Source: Gammaproteobacteria bacterium (GTDB lineage: Bacteria; Pseudomonadota; Gammaproteobacteria; GRL18). Taken from it: 64,000 nucleotides of DNA. Where the stretch lies: contig WFNB01000025.1 of NCBI GenBank assembly GCA_015488755.1, forward strand, positions 745-64,744. Direction: 5' to 3'. Under the pieces are notes generated by a model. It saw only the letters and a list, made by a program, of their open reading frames with translations. It ran no database searches and was not told where the DNA came from. The stretch's first letter is position 1; each line of letters opens with the position of its first letter. Of this stretch, positions 44,752-54,035 are shown one piece after another. The position numbers and the translations under genes were made by a program.

Positions 44752-45771
44752 TTAGTGTTTTTTACTCATATAAGCTTTCATTTTTTCACATTGATCATCG
44801 CGTTTTGCTCTAGGGGTGAACCAGACATAATCAAAAGGTAATTTTTGTGTTGTTTGGTTCCATGCTTGGGTATAGTCTTTCGCTTTGAGTTTCTGTTTAC
44901 TGACTTCTATAAATGCAATACTGATTAGGCTTAGTTTCGGGCTTTCTTGTCTGAGATAAAAAGGAATACCATAATCCGTACGTGTGTGACCTGAGCCAGC
45001 AATAAGAATTGTTTGTTGGTTTTTTTGTGTCATTGATTTCTGTAAAACTTGTGTCATTGCCAAGTCACGACTTTGTTGACCTAATAACATGGGAGCAAGC
45101 ATCTTTTCTGGTAGCATGCCACAATGGGCAGATTGTACTTCCTGTTCCAGTTTTTGTTGTAATGTTTCGTTATAGCGATATTTTTTTAAGCGTTGTTGTT
45201 CTTTTGGCTTTAATACCGAAGCACCTTGTTTAATTATTTGGCGTATTTGTTTAAGTTCTGCATTAGCAGCAAGAATGGGCAATTGGTTTTTAACGGCAAG
45301 TGAAAATATTGGGCGATAATAAGCCCAGTCGGGCCAACCGGATTGTTGCCACTTGAGCTGTTTCTCAAGCGTATCAATTTGTTGTGCAACGGGTATTTTT
45401 TGGCCATAATTTTCACTGATAAAGGTATCAATAGTCATTTGTTGGCCTTGCTCGAGCATTTCAAATGCAAGGCTTAACTGTTGCTTATTAGCGAGTTTTT
45501 CTTTATTTAAATAATGAACAAACTGTGCCTGTAACTGATGATGACGAGCATTATCATGAGTTTCCCCCAAAAGTATGATATTTTTTCTTAATAACTCATT
45601 ATTGAGTGTCTCCAGACGGACAAATTTTTGTTGTTTAACCGACCAGATTTTACCAATAAGAGGATGTGTTTGAAGGTCATATTCTGGGCTTATGGTAGAG
45701 TGTACTGTCTGACAAGCATTTAGCATACTTGAGGCAATTAGGATAAAAATAAAATAAAGTGTTTTTTTCAT
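44752..45771 (-). CDS. ChaN-family (haem-binding uptake, Tiki superfamily) lipoprotein
   Basis: Lipobox MLNAC and the LLGETHDNARHH block characteristic of the ChaN/DUF399 family. Confidence 0.7.
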   Translation of the reverse strand: MKKTLYFIFILIASSMLNACQTVHSTISPEYDLQTHPLIGKIWSVKQQKFVRLETLNNELLRKNIILLGETHDNARHHQLQAQFVHYLNKEKLANKQQLSLAFEMLEQGQQMTIDTFISENYGQKIPVAQQIDTLEKQLKWQQSGWPDWAYYRPIFSLAVKNQLPILAANAELKQIRQIIKQGASVLKPKEQQRLKKYRYNETLQQKLEQEVQSAHCGMLPEKMLAPMLLGQQSRDLAMTQVLQKSMTQKNQQTILIAGSGHTRTDYGIPFYLRQESPKLSLISIAFIEVSKQKLKAKDYTQAWNQTTQKLPFDYVWFTPRAKRDDQCEKMKAYMSKKH

Positions 45772-45857
45772 AGTGGGTTCACACCTTCAGTCCGACCTTT
45801 TTTGTAAAATAAATAGCAATAACACATTCCCTATGTATTAATAAGGTATCTACTTCT

Positions 45858-48038
45858 ATGCATTTTTTTATGGTTCTGTTTCTCTATTTAAGCCTTTCCC
45901 TGCTCAGTGTTTCATTGGCAAGCCAAAATCCCATTTTACAGCGTATACCAGAAAATAGCTTATTTTTTTCTGGCAATACACAGATGATAAATATCGATGA
46001 ATGGCCATTACTAAACTATAGTCAGTCATTTTCAGAGCTAAAAATAGCAAAAGAAACCATGGCTAAAGAACAAGTGTTTTTTTATGAATTATATCAGGAT
46101 TTTAGACAAACAATTCAGCAGAGCAATAGGATAAGCAAGAGTCGTGCCTTAAGAGAGCATTATGGTTTAGCACAAAATCTTGGTTTTTCTTTTTATACGG
46201 TGGGTGTTGTTCCCGTACTAAGTATCACAATTGATCATGCAGCCGCTTTTTTAACGGCATTGGATCAGGCTGAACAAGTATCGCAATTACACTATGAAAC
46301 ACAGACCTTAAGCGGGGTTCATTTTCGCTCTTACCCCATAAGTAACAATTATCAGTTTATTGTGGCGATAGATGAGTCTATAGCGGGTTATAAATTACTG
46401 ACACTGTCTATTTTTAGATCGAATATGACTCAGGTTCAAAAAGAACAAATCCTTGGTTTGTCAAAACCTAAAAAAAATATTACCAAAAAGGTTTTGGAGA
46501 TAGAAAATATCCACCAATATCAACCGATTGCCATTGGTTTTTTTGATTTTCAAGAAGTGATCCGTTCTTTATTTAAAGAGCAAGATAACCCGTGGGAGTT
46601 CTTCTTAGGTAAAGATGATCTGTTTATTAATTCGCTAAAAGAATCTCAATGCGAATTGGATATGAATGCTATTGCTTGGGATATCCCAAAGATTGTCGCA
46701 GGCTATAAACATTATGATAATCAGGGGCAGACGCAGAAAATGCTTATTGAGGTATTATTGGAGTTGGAAAATAAGCAATTTACAACACAGCTAAAGAATT
46801 TTAGAGGCTTTATTCCAGATTATATTCGTCATGGAGCGAATGATAATATTATGGCACTGGGCTTGGGTATTAAATTATCCAATATGATGCCTTTTTTTGC
46901 TTATGTTTCTCAGGTTTTTAGAGACAGTCACTTTCAATGTCAGGCATTAAAAAAGATACAGCAACGTGTGGCGAAATTTAACCCACTGATGTTAGCAATG
47001 TTCTCTGGTGTGATCGATGGTGTACAAGGCGTTGCTTTTGCTATACAAGAATTCGCCATCAAAAAAAACTCAGAACAAGTCTCTGATGCACAGAAAAAGC
47101 AGGTAGAACTGTCTATGTTAATGAGTTTATCGGCATCTGAGCCACTGAAAGTATGGCAGATGCTATCTGCTTTTGGTCTACCCGTAGGTCATTCAACTAA
47201 TGGGCAGGATAAAAATACACAGAAAAAACAAAACTTAACCCCGTCTAGCAGTCCTCAGAAGTTAGACTTTCCAGAGTTAGAAGCCCTGGGCATTGAGCTA
47301 TTTATTGCGCTTAAAGGTAAACATCTCGTTGTTTATAGTGGTCAGCAAGCAGAACAAATAAGCCAGTCCTTAGTGAATGAGCTATTAGTGCCTAATGGTA
47401 TTTTGCAAGAAAGTATGAATTACACCAAGATAAATGAATTGATGAAAACAGTGCAGTATTTTTTACGCTCACCACAAACATCGGCTAAGCAACCGCTTAC
47501 TATGGCTATGCCAGCAGAATCCTGCGTTATGTTTGATGAAGCAATGACTCGTCTATCCCAGTTCTCTGGTGTGATGGATGTACAAAATGATGTTGTGGAT
47601 CAGGGCGTGTTGACTAGCTTATATGCGGATCTCAAAATCAACTCAAGCAAACAAAAAAGTGATTTTTTAGCAGGGCGTTATGAAACCTATGCGATGCTTG
47701 ATGGTTGCCAGTTAGAAAAAGATGGCTTAGAAGAGATTTTCGCAGATGGTACGGGCTTTTATCAGCAATACTCAGATGATCGACAATGTTTTATTTTTGA
47801 AACCCGTTATCGTTGGTTAAAGGATAATGATCGCATTAAGTTGCAATATGTTAGTGAAAGGACTCGTCCAGAAGGTGTTTGTAGTAATGTTTTTAGTGAA
47901 TGGCATTTACCCGAAGCAGAATATATTAATGATACTTGCCGGTTAAGAACGGAAGAAAATGGTTATTTTTCTTGTGTCTATGAATGGGATGGCGTTATGA
48001 ATAAGGCCATTTATCAGCCAATTAGCCATTCTAAATAA
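45858..48038 (+). CDS. Large secreted hypothetical protein
   Basis: Long uninterrupted ORF with an N-terminal signal peptide (LSVSLASQ). No motif I can assign. Confidence 0.55.
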   Translation: MHFFMVLFLYLSLSLLSVSLASQNPILQRIPENSLFFSGNTQMINIDEWPLLNYSQSFSELKIAKETMAKEQVFFYELYQDFRQTIQQSNRISKSRALREHYGLAQNLGFSFYTVGVVPVLSITIDHAAAFLTALDQAEQVSQLHYETQTLSGVHFRSYPISNNYQFIVAIDESIAGYKLLTLSIFRSNMTQVQKEQILGLSKPKKNITKKVLEIENIHQYQPIAIGFFDFQEVIRSLFKEQDNPWEFFLGKDDLFINSLKESQCELDMNAIAWDIPKIVAGYKHYDNQGQTQKMLIEVLLELENKQFTTQLKNFRGFIPDYIRHGANDNIMALGLGIKLSNMMPFFAYVSQVFRDSHFQCQALKKIQQRVAKFNPLMLAMFSGVIDGVQGVAFAIQEFAIKKNSEQVSDAQKKQVELSMLMSLSASEPLKVWQMLSAFGLPVGHSTNGQDKNTQKKQNLTPSSSPQKLDFPELEALGIELFIALKGKHLVVYSGQQAEQISQSLVNELLVPNGILQESMNYTKINELMKTVQYFLRSPQTSAKQPLTMAMPAESCVMFDEAMTRLSQFSGVMDVQNDVVDQGVLTSLYADLKINSSKQKSDFLAGRYETYAMLDGCQLEKDGLEEIFADGTGFYQQYSDDRQCFIFETRYRWLKDNDRIKLQYVSERTRPEGVCSNVFSEWHLPEAEYINDTCRLRTEENGYFSCVYEWDGVMNKAIYQPISHSK

Positions 48039-48167
48039 ACTAAGTAATAGTGGTTTACCTGCCAACCACCTAATTATTACTTATTTTTAGCCCTCTGCTT
48101 AAACAGTTCAGTGGGCTAAAAAAACAAGCAATGATCAACCAGTTTGTTGCACTACTTTATCTTAGGA

Positions 48168-48704
48168 CTAATAATCAATATCGACCTTAAAGGTATCAAA
48201 AATAATATTAGCTGCACGCATGGTTGCACCACTATTAACCGCTTCAAAAATTTCTTTTTCACTTAAACCAGCCTCTTTAAGTGCCAACATATCACCTTCG
48301 GTTATATCGTGAGCATGATCAACAGCCTTCAAGACAAAAAGTAGCAGAAGTTTTTCTTTTTCATCTAATGATGCTGTACTGGGATCGGTTTTAAGTAATT
48401 GTACTTCTTCAGGGCTCATAGCAAATAGGTTAATTAACATACCAGCATTAAGGCCGATGCAATAGTCGCACTGAGCTTCTTTGGATACCAATAGACGGAT
48501 CATAGTATTCAGTTTGGCAGAAGGTGTTGTTTGGCTATCAAAATACTGATATTTTTGCCATTGATTTTTTAATAACTCAGGGCTAACAGAGTACATTTGA
48601 ATCGGATTGGGTATCATTTTCCATGTGGCTTCAATTTCACTATAGACATCGGCAACCAGACCTTGAGCATTTTCGGGTGAGACACTGGTGGTTAATAAAC
48701 TCAT
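48168..48704 (-). CDS. Carboxymuconolactone decarboxylase / AhpD-like family protein
   Basis: CDYCIGLN CxxC block in an all-helical protein of about 180 aa. Confidence 0.75.
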   Translation of the reverse strand: MSLLTTSVSPENAQGLVADVYSEIEATWKMIPNPIQMYSVSPELLKNQWQKYQYFDSQTTPSAKLNTMIRLLVSKEAQCDYCIGLNAGMLINLFAMSPEEVQLLKTDPSTASLDEKEKLLLLFVLKAVDHAHDITEGDMLALKEAGLSEKEIFEAVNSGATMRAANIIFDTFKVDIDY

Positions 48705-48749
48705 AATTATTCCTTTATTGTTTGTATTGGATTAAGTTGTTTTGCTTTG

Positions 48750-48771
48750 TTTTGTACTAACTGGTACAAAA
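48750..48771. promoter_or_regulatory. Palindromic operator candidate upstream of the AhpD-like gene
   Basis: TTTTGTAC-N6-GTACAAAA perfect inverted repeat 46 nt upstream of the start codon. Related to 49478-49499. Confidence 0.55.
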
Positions 48772-48805
48772 ATGGTTAAAAAAAAGCAATAGTGCTTATG
48801 TTACT

Positions 48806-49468
48806 TTATTGCTTGGTTTGTAATTGTTGTTTGAATCCTTTTAAAACCGCCTCAATCATCTCTTTATCAGCGCCAGCTTTGATCATAATACTGAGACCAT
48901 TTAAGGTGTTAATAAAGATGCTTGATAAGGTACTGGCATCGTAGTAAGTGCTAATATTGCCCGCTTGCTGGCCATTGTTAATAATGGTTTTAAAGGTCTC
49001 ATGAAACTGCATAAATTGCTGCTTAATTAAAGCACATAAGTCGGGATATTTTTTATAACAGACTTCAGCATTATTCATTAATAAGCAACCCCGTATCTCA
49101 CCAAATTCTTTTATTTCAGAGATAGAAATATGTAAAATATCAAATAGAATCTCTACGGCTGTTTTATGTTGTAATTGTTTATTAATCCATTGTATTTGCT
49201 CTTTAGCATATAAAGCCAAACAGCGTTCAAATAAACGTTGTTTACTGCTAAAGGTTTGGTAAAAGCTACTTTTTGAAATCTTCATAGCCTTTAATAAGTC
49301 GCTTAATGAAGCACTATCATAGTCATGATCCCAAAAATAATTCATTGCCCGCTCTAACACCTGATCTTCATCGAACTCTTTTGGGCGTCCTACCTTAGTC
49401 TCTATTTTAGAATTACTATGGCTAAGTCCTTTAGCCGGATATTTTTTGTTAGTCTGTGTTTGAGTCAT
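48806..49468 (-). CDS. TetR/AcrR family transcriptional regulator
   Basis: N-terminal HTH block YDSASLSDLLKAMKISKSSFYQTFSSKQRLF. Start set to ATG 49468. Confidence 0.85.
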   Translation of the reverse strand: MTQTQTNKKYPAKGLSHSNSKIETKVGRPKEFDEDQVLERAMNYFWDHDYDSASLSDLLKAMKISKSSFYQTFSSKQRLFERCLALYAKEQIQWINKQLQHKTAVEILFDILHISISEIKEFGEIRGCLLMNNAEVCYKKYPDLCALIKQQFMQFHETFKTIINNGQQAGNISTYYDASTLSSIFINTLNGLSIMIKAGADKEMIEAVLKGFKQQLQTKQ

Positions 49469-49477
49469 TGGAATTAG

Positions 49478-49499
49478 TTTAGTACCGAGTGGTACCAAA
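49478..49499. promoter_or_regulatory. Palindromic operator candidate upstream of tetR, shared with the divergent TauD-like gene
   Basis: TTTAGTAC-N6-GTACCAAA has the same GTAC-N6-GTAC architecture and flanks as 48750-48771. Confidence 0.5.
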
Positions 49500-49650
49500 T
49501 ATCAAGTGGTAAAATAAATTTAGTGGGATTAAAAATTGCAAGTGAATTAAATTTTTTATTTGATTTAGGTCAATTCTCTTTATTTTTTTTTGTATTTTAA
49601 TAACGCTTCCTTTTATATCGCTAGGTTCAACCGACAAAAGAGATACCTCT

Positions 49651-50571
49651 ATGACAATGCCTGATAAACAAAATATAAAGACGCCATTTGATTTGCATAA
49701 TGATAGTGTGTACCAACACTGGCGTGATGCTAAATTAGCGGATTACCCAACAACATTGGCCGATTTAGTGGTGGAAATAAATGATCCAAGACATTTATCA
49801 AAGGCTGAACATAAAAAGTTATTAGCACTTTGCCAAAAAGCCAATATGGTTATTTATGCGGCTAAAACAGCCGATGATCCCAACCCTGAAATTCCTTTGG
49901 CAATGGGTAGGGCATTTGGTTTGCTTAATTTGGATCATAATTGGCTGGCGGATAAAAGTGGTTTAACCTCATTAACGGTGGTGGATGAAGGAGCTAGGCA
50001 AAATTATATTCCTTATTCCAATCGTGCGATTAATTGGCATACAGATGGTTACTACAATAGTGCTGATAAACAGATTCATGGCTTGAATTTACATTGTGTT
50101 ATGCCAGCCCCTCATGGAGGTGAAAATCGCTTGATGGATCATGAGGTTGTGTATGCCTTGCTCAGAGATAAGAATCCTGATTATATTCAGGCATTGATGG
50201 CTGATGATGTCATGCTTATTCCCCCTCGGATGGATAAAGACGGTGATGTGGTCAGAAAAGAAGAAATTGGCCCAGTCTTTTCAGTGAACCCAGTGACCGG
50301 TGATTTGCATATGCGTTATACCATTCGAACACGCAATGTGATCTGGAAGGATGATCCTCTTACTGAGCAAGCACTGCAAGAGTTGGCCTCTTTATTAGAA
50401 ACCGACTCATCGTATAATTATCAAGGTAAACTCGATTCAGGTATGGGCTTGGTCAGTAATAATGTCTTACATGATCGCAATGCCTTTGAAGATACCCCAG
50501 AGCAAAAACGCCTAATCTATCGTGCCCGCTATTATGCTCGTTTGGAAGGCACATCTGTTCAATCTAAATAA
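49651..50571 (+). CDS. TauD/TfdA-family Fe(II)/2-oxoglutarate dioxygenase
   Basis: WHTDGYY (HxD facial triad context) and a distal HDR block. Family size. Confidence 0.75.
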   Translation: MTMPDKQNIKTPFDLHNDSVYQHWRDAKLADYPTTLADLVVEINDPRHLSKAEHKKLLALCQKANMVIYAAKTADDPNPEIPLAMGRAFGLLNLDHNWLADKSGLTSLTVVDEGARQNYIPYSNRAINWHTDGYYNSADKQIHGLNLHCVMPAPHGGENRLMDHEVVYALLRDKNPDYIQALMADDVMLIPPRMDKDGDVVRKEEIGPVFSVNPVTGDLHMRYTIRTRNVIWKDDPLTEQALQELASLLETDSSYNYQGKLDSGMGLVSNNVLHDRNAFEDTPEQKRLIYRARYYARLEGTSVQSK

Positions 50572-50595
50572 ATTTCTTTGAGTGCTTGCACACAC

Positions 50596-51105
50596 TTACA
50601 TGAGTGCATTTTCTTGGGTAACATAAGGTGTCCCAATGGGAGTAAACTTAATCCAATAGGCATAATTACCCTTCTCAAAAATTATGAGTTCGCCAGGTGA
50701 AGATACCTGGTTCCTTCTACCTGAAGGTAAGTAAGTTATGCCGCTACTATGTATATCACCAGTATCTAAATTTTGCATCTGATCGGCACCTGAAAGTTTC
50801 CCACGGACAGATAGGATGATATTGTCAGAATTGCGTAGAATAATCCAGCCTTTAGAAAAATAAGTCGCTGTGCAGGAAGTACCATTTGTTGAAGAACATA
50901 AGGTTATAGGAGTATTTTGTATAATAGCCTCATTTCTAGCTAAACGTATATCAGCTAATAAATCATTGGCTGCCACTAGAACTTGGTTTTTGTCGATGGT
51001 TTCTTTAAAACTAGGTACGGCAAAAGTGAGCATAATAGAAAGAATAAGGATTGTGATAAGTAACTCAACAAGTGTAAATCCACAGTTTTTATTCATTTTT
51101 TTCAT
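50596..51105 (-). CDS. GspH/FimT-family minor pseudopilin
   Basis: Prepilin leader MKKMNKNCG followed by FTLVELLITILILSI (N-methylation motif). Start set to ATG 51105. Confidence 0.7.
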   Translation of the reverse strand: MKKMNKNCGFTLVELLITILILSIMLTFAVPSFKETIDKNQVLVAANDLLADIRLARNEAIIQNTPITLCSSTNGTSCTATYFSKGWIILRNSDNIILSVRGKLSGADQMQNLDTGDIHSSGITYLPSGRRNQVSSPGELIIFEKGNYAYWIKFTPIGTPYVTQENALM

Positions 51106-51510
51106 CCTGTATCGTGAGCCGGTTAAGAGTGAATGCATTGTGGACTTTAGGATATAAGACAAATGTCACAGAACTTATTAATAGGAATGTTTATGTGTAA
51201 TAAAATGTAACAGCGGTCATAGTATGAATGTTATGGATCAGAAGAAGGTTGAGTATGGTTTTGTTTATTGATAATTGTAGGCGTTTAGACTATTACAGTA
51301 GATTTTTTATAAGCAATACAGGATAATATCGCACTTATCTTGACAAGCATTTAGACCCAATCTACTTGAAGATGTAGGCTTCGTTATGTTAACTAAAGCC
51401 TTAATCCTTGTAGTATCTATACACGACACTCAATCGGCTCTTAGTCAAAATGCCTCGTCAAGTAAAACGGATATATACTGCGACAAAACTCTATTTCTAG
51501 GAATAATACA

Positions 51511-53103
51511 TTGATATCAACAGCAAATCTCACCATCCAGTTTGGTGCCAAGCCCTTATTTGAAAATGTTTCTGTTAAATTTAGTGATGATAATCGCTAT
51601 GGTCTGATTGGTGCTAATGGTTGTGGTAAATCCACCTTTATGAAGATACTTGGTGGTGATTTAGAGGCCACCAGTGGTACGGTAACCATCAGTACAGGTG
51701 AACGCGTGGGTAAATTGCGTCAGGATCAATTTGCTTACGAAGAATACAGTGTGATTGATACCGTTATCATGGGGCATGAAGAGCTGTGGAAGGTCAAAGA
51801 AGAACGCGATAAAATTTATGCTAAAGCCGATATGACTGAAGATGAAGGCATGCGAGTGGCTGATTTGGAAGTTCAATATGGTGAAATGGATGGCTATACT
51901 GCTGAGTCCAGAGCAGGTGAATTACTGCTTGGTGTAGGCATTCCAGTCGAGCAACATTTTGGTCTAATGTCAGCTATTGCACCGGGTTTTAAGCTACGAG
52001 TATTGCTTTCTCAAGTATTATTTGCTGATCCAGATATTATGCTTTTAGATGAGCCGACGAATAATCTGGATATTAATACGATTCGTTGGTTGGAAGCTAT
52101 TCTTAATGAACGCAATTGCACGATGATTATTATTTCTCATGATCGTCATTTCCTTAATAGTGTCTGTACACACATGGCTGATTTAGATTATGGCTCTATT
52201 AATATTTATCCAGGCAACTATGATGAGTATATGCTGGCTGCCATCCAGGCACGCGAGCGCCAGATGCAATCGAATGAGAAAAAGAAAACTGAAAGGGCAG
52301 AATTACAAAAATTTGTAGAGCGTTTTTCAGCCAATGCATCCAAAGCAAAGCAAGCGACATCACGTCGAAAGCGTCTGGAAAAAATTCAATTAGATGATAT
52401 TAAAATATCCTCCAGAAAGAATCCTTTTATCCGTTTTGAGCAAGATAAAAAACTTTATCGCAATGCCTTTGAGATTGAAAACCTAAGTAATGGTTTTGAT
52501 GAGATTTTATTTTCTAAAGTTGACATGCTGGTCGAAGTGGGTGAGCGTATTGCCATTATTGGTGCCAATGGTGTGGGTAAGACAACCTTGCTGAGAACTT
52601 TAATTCATGACTTAGAAGCAAAAACAGGTCGTATTAAGTTTTCTGAAAATGCTGATATTGGCTATTATCCACAAGAACACATTGATGAATTTGCTGCCGA
52701 TATGACCTTATTTGACTGGATGGATCAATGGGGACAAGAAAGCGATGATGATCAGGTGATTCGAGGTATTTTAGGGCGTCTACTATTCTCTCGTGATGAT
52801 AGTAATAAATCAGTTAAAGTGCTCTCAGGTGGTGAAATGGGACGCATGGTATACGGTAAATTAATGTTGGAGAAACCCAATATTTTATTTATGGATGAAC
52901 CTACTAATCACATGGATATGGAGTCCATCGAGTCACTGAATATGGCTTTGGACTCATACCAAGGCACCTTAGTTTTTGTTAGCCATGATCGAGAGTTTGT
53001 GTCTTCGTTAGCCAATCGAATCTTAGAAATCAAAGATGGAAAAGTGGTTGATTTTAAAGGCTCCTATGACGAGTATCTTGCCAGCCAAGGTATCGAACAG
53101 TAA
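51511..53103 (+). CDS. ybiT: ABC-F family ATPase, YbiT-like
   Basis: Two ABC cassettes ([23 protein letters not shown]) without TM domains. N-terminus resembles YbiT. TTG start. Confidence 0.9.
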   Translation: MISTANLTIQFGAKPLFENVSVKFSDDNRYGLIGANGCGKSTFMKILGGDLEATSGTVTISTGERVGKLRQDQFAYEEYSVIDTVIMGHEELWKVKEERDKIYAKADMTEDEGMRVADLEVQYGEMDGYTAESRAGELLLGVGIPVEQHFGLMSAIAPGFKLRVLLSQVLFADPDIMLLDEPTNNLDINTIRWLEAILNERNCTMIIISHDRHFLNSVCTHMADLDYGSINIYPGNYDEYMLAAIQARERQMQSNEKKKTERAELQKFVERFSANASKAKQATSRRKRLEKIQLDDIKISSRKNPFIRFEQDKKLYRNAFEIENLSNGFDEILFSKVDMLVEVGERIAIIGANGVGKTTLLRTLIHDLEAKTGRIKFSENADIGYYPQEHIDEFAADMTLFDWMDQWGQESDDDQVIRGILGRLLFSRDDSNKSVKVLSGGEMGRMVYGKLMLEKPNILFMDEPTNHMDMESIESLNMALDSYQGTLVFVSHDREFVSSLANRILEIKDGKVVDFKGSYDEYLASQGIEQ

Positions 53104-53214
53104 TGCATTTTTTATGCTGATATTTTTTATTAATAGTAACCATTCAGCTTAATTGTAAAGCTTCTAAACATAGCTCTGGCAAGCTATCTGAATGTTACTA
53201 TTGGTATAATTATT

Positions 53215-53973
53215 ATGGAATATTGGCAAATCATTCTCCTTGTTTTTATTGGCCTGTTTGCGGGCTGGATTAATGTCATGGCTGGTGGTGGCTCTTTGTT
53301 GACCATTCCAGCCATGATTTTTATGGACATCCCAGCTCCTATTGCTAATGGTACCAATCGTATTGCCATTCTGGCGCAAAATATCGTGGCTGTTTATGCC
53401 TTCTTTCGCCATGGTTTCTCTGATCTTAAACTCAGTTTAAGTCTTTCCTTTGCTGCTTCTTTAGGAGCCATTGTAGGGGCTTGGTTGGGTGTTTCTTTAC
53501 ACGGTGTCTGGTTTAACCGTATGTTAGCTATGGTCATGATTGCAGTCATGCTTCTTATGGCAATGGAAAAGCCTACGGTCTCATCATCAGCAATCTCTCC
53601 TGGTTCTCCCCCAGCAACTAAAAATATTTTATTAGGGCATATTCTGATGATATTTGCTGGTTTTTGGGGTGGTATGGTTCAGGTGGGTGTGGGTTTTATT
53701 TTAATGCCCATTTTACATAAGGTAATGGGTTTTGATCTTGTGCGGGTCAATATGTATAAAGTGTTTATTATTTTAAACTTTACGATTGTCGCCTTGTTTA
53801 TTTTTGCCTCTCAATTAGAATTGATGTGGTGGGCTGGCCTTGGTCTGGCATTAGGCAATTCGATTGGTGGTTGGTACGGCGCACACAGTACCATTCATAA
53901 AGGTGAAACATGGATAAAAACCGTTTTATACGCGGTTTTATGTGTCTTTATTATTAAGCTATTATTTTTCTAG
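53215..53973 (+). CDS. TauE/SafE-family sulfite exporter-like membrane protein
   Basis: About 8 TM helices with AGGGSLLTIPA and GTNRIA blocks. Confidence 0.8.
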   Translation: MEYWQIILLVFIGLFAGWINVMAGGGSLLTIPAMIFMDIPAPIANGTNRIAILAQNIVAVYAFFRHGFSDLKLSLSLSFAASLGAIVGAWLGVSLHGVWFNRMLAMVMIAVMLLMAMEKPTVSSSAISPGSPPATKNILLGHILMIFAGFWGGMVQVGVGFILMPILHKVMGFDLVRVNMYKVFIILNFTIVALFIFASQLELMWWAGLGLALGNSIGGWYGAHSTIHKGETWIKTVLYAVLCVFIIKLLFF

Positions 53974-54035
53974 TTCATCATGTTACTTTAAGCGTATTGA
54001 GTTTTAAAATAAGTATAATAAATAGACTCAACGTA

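Noticed and set aside
48085-48128. TTAGCCC-N19-GGGCTAA hairpin between the 726-aa gene and the AhpD-like gene, considered as a terminator
   Set aside because: On both strands the T-run lies on the 5' side of the stem, not the 3' side. The preceding AAGTAATAGTGGTT...AACCAC..TATTACTT hairpin is a more plausible terminator, but it is also imperfect.
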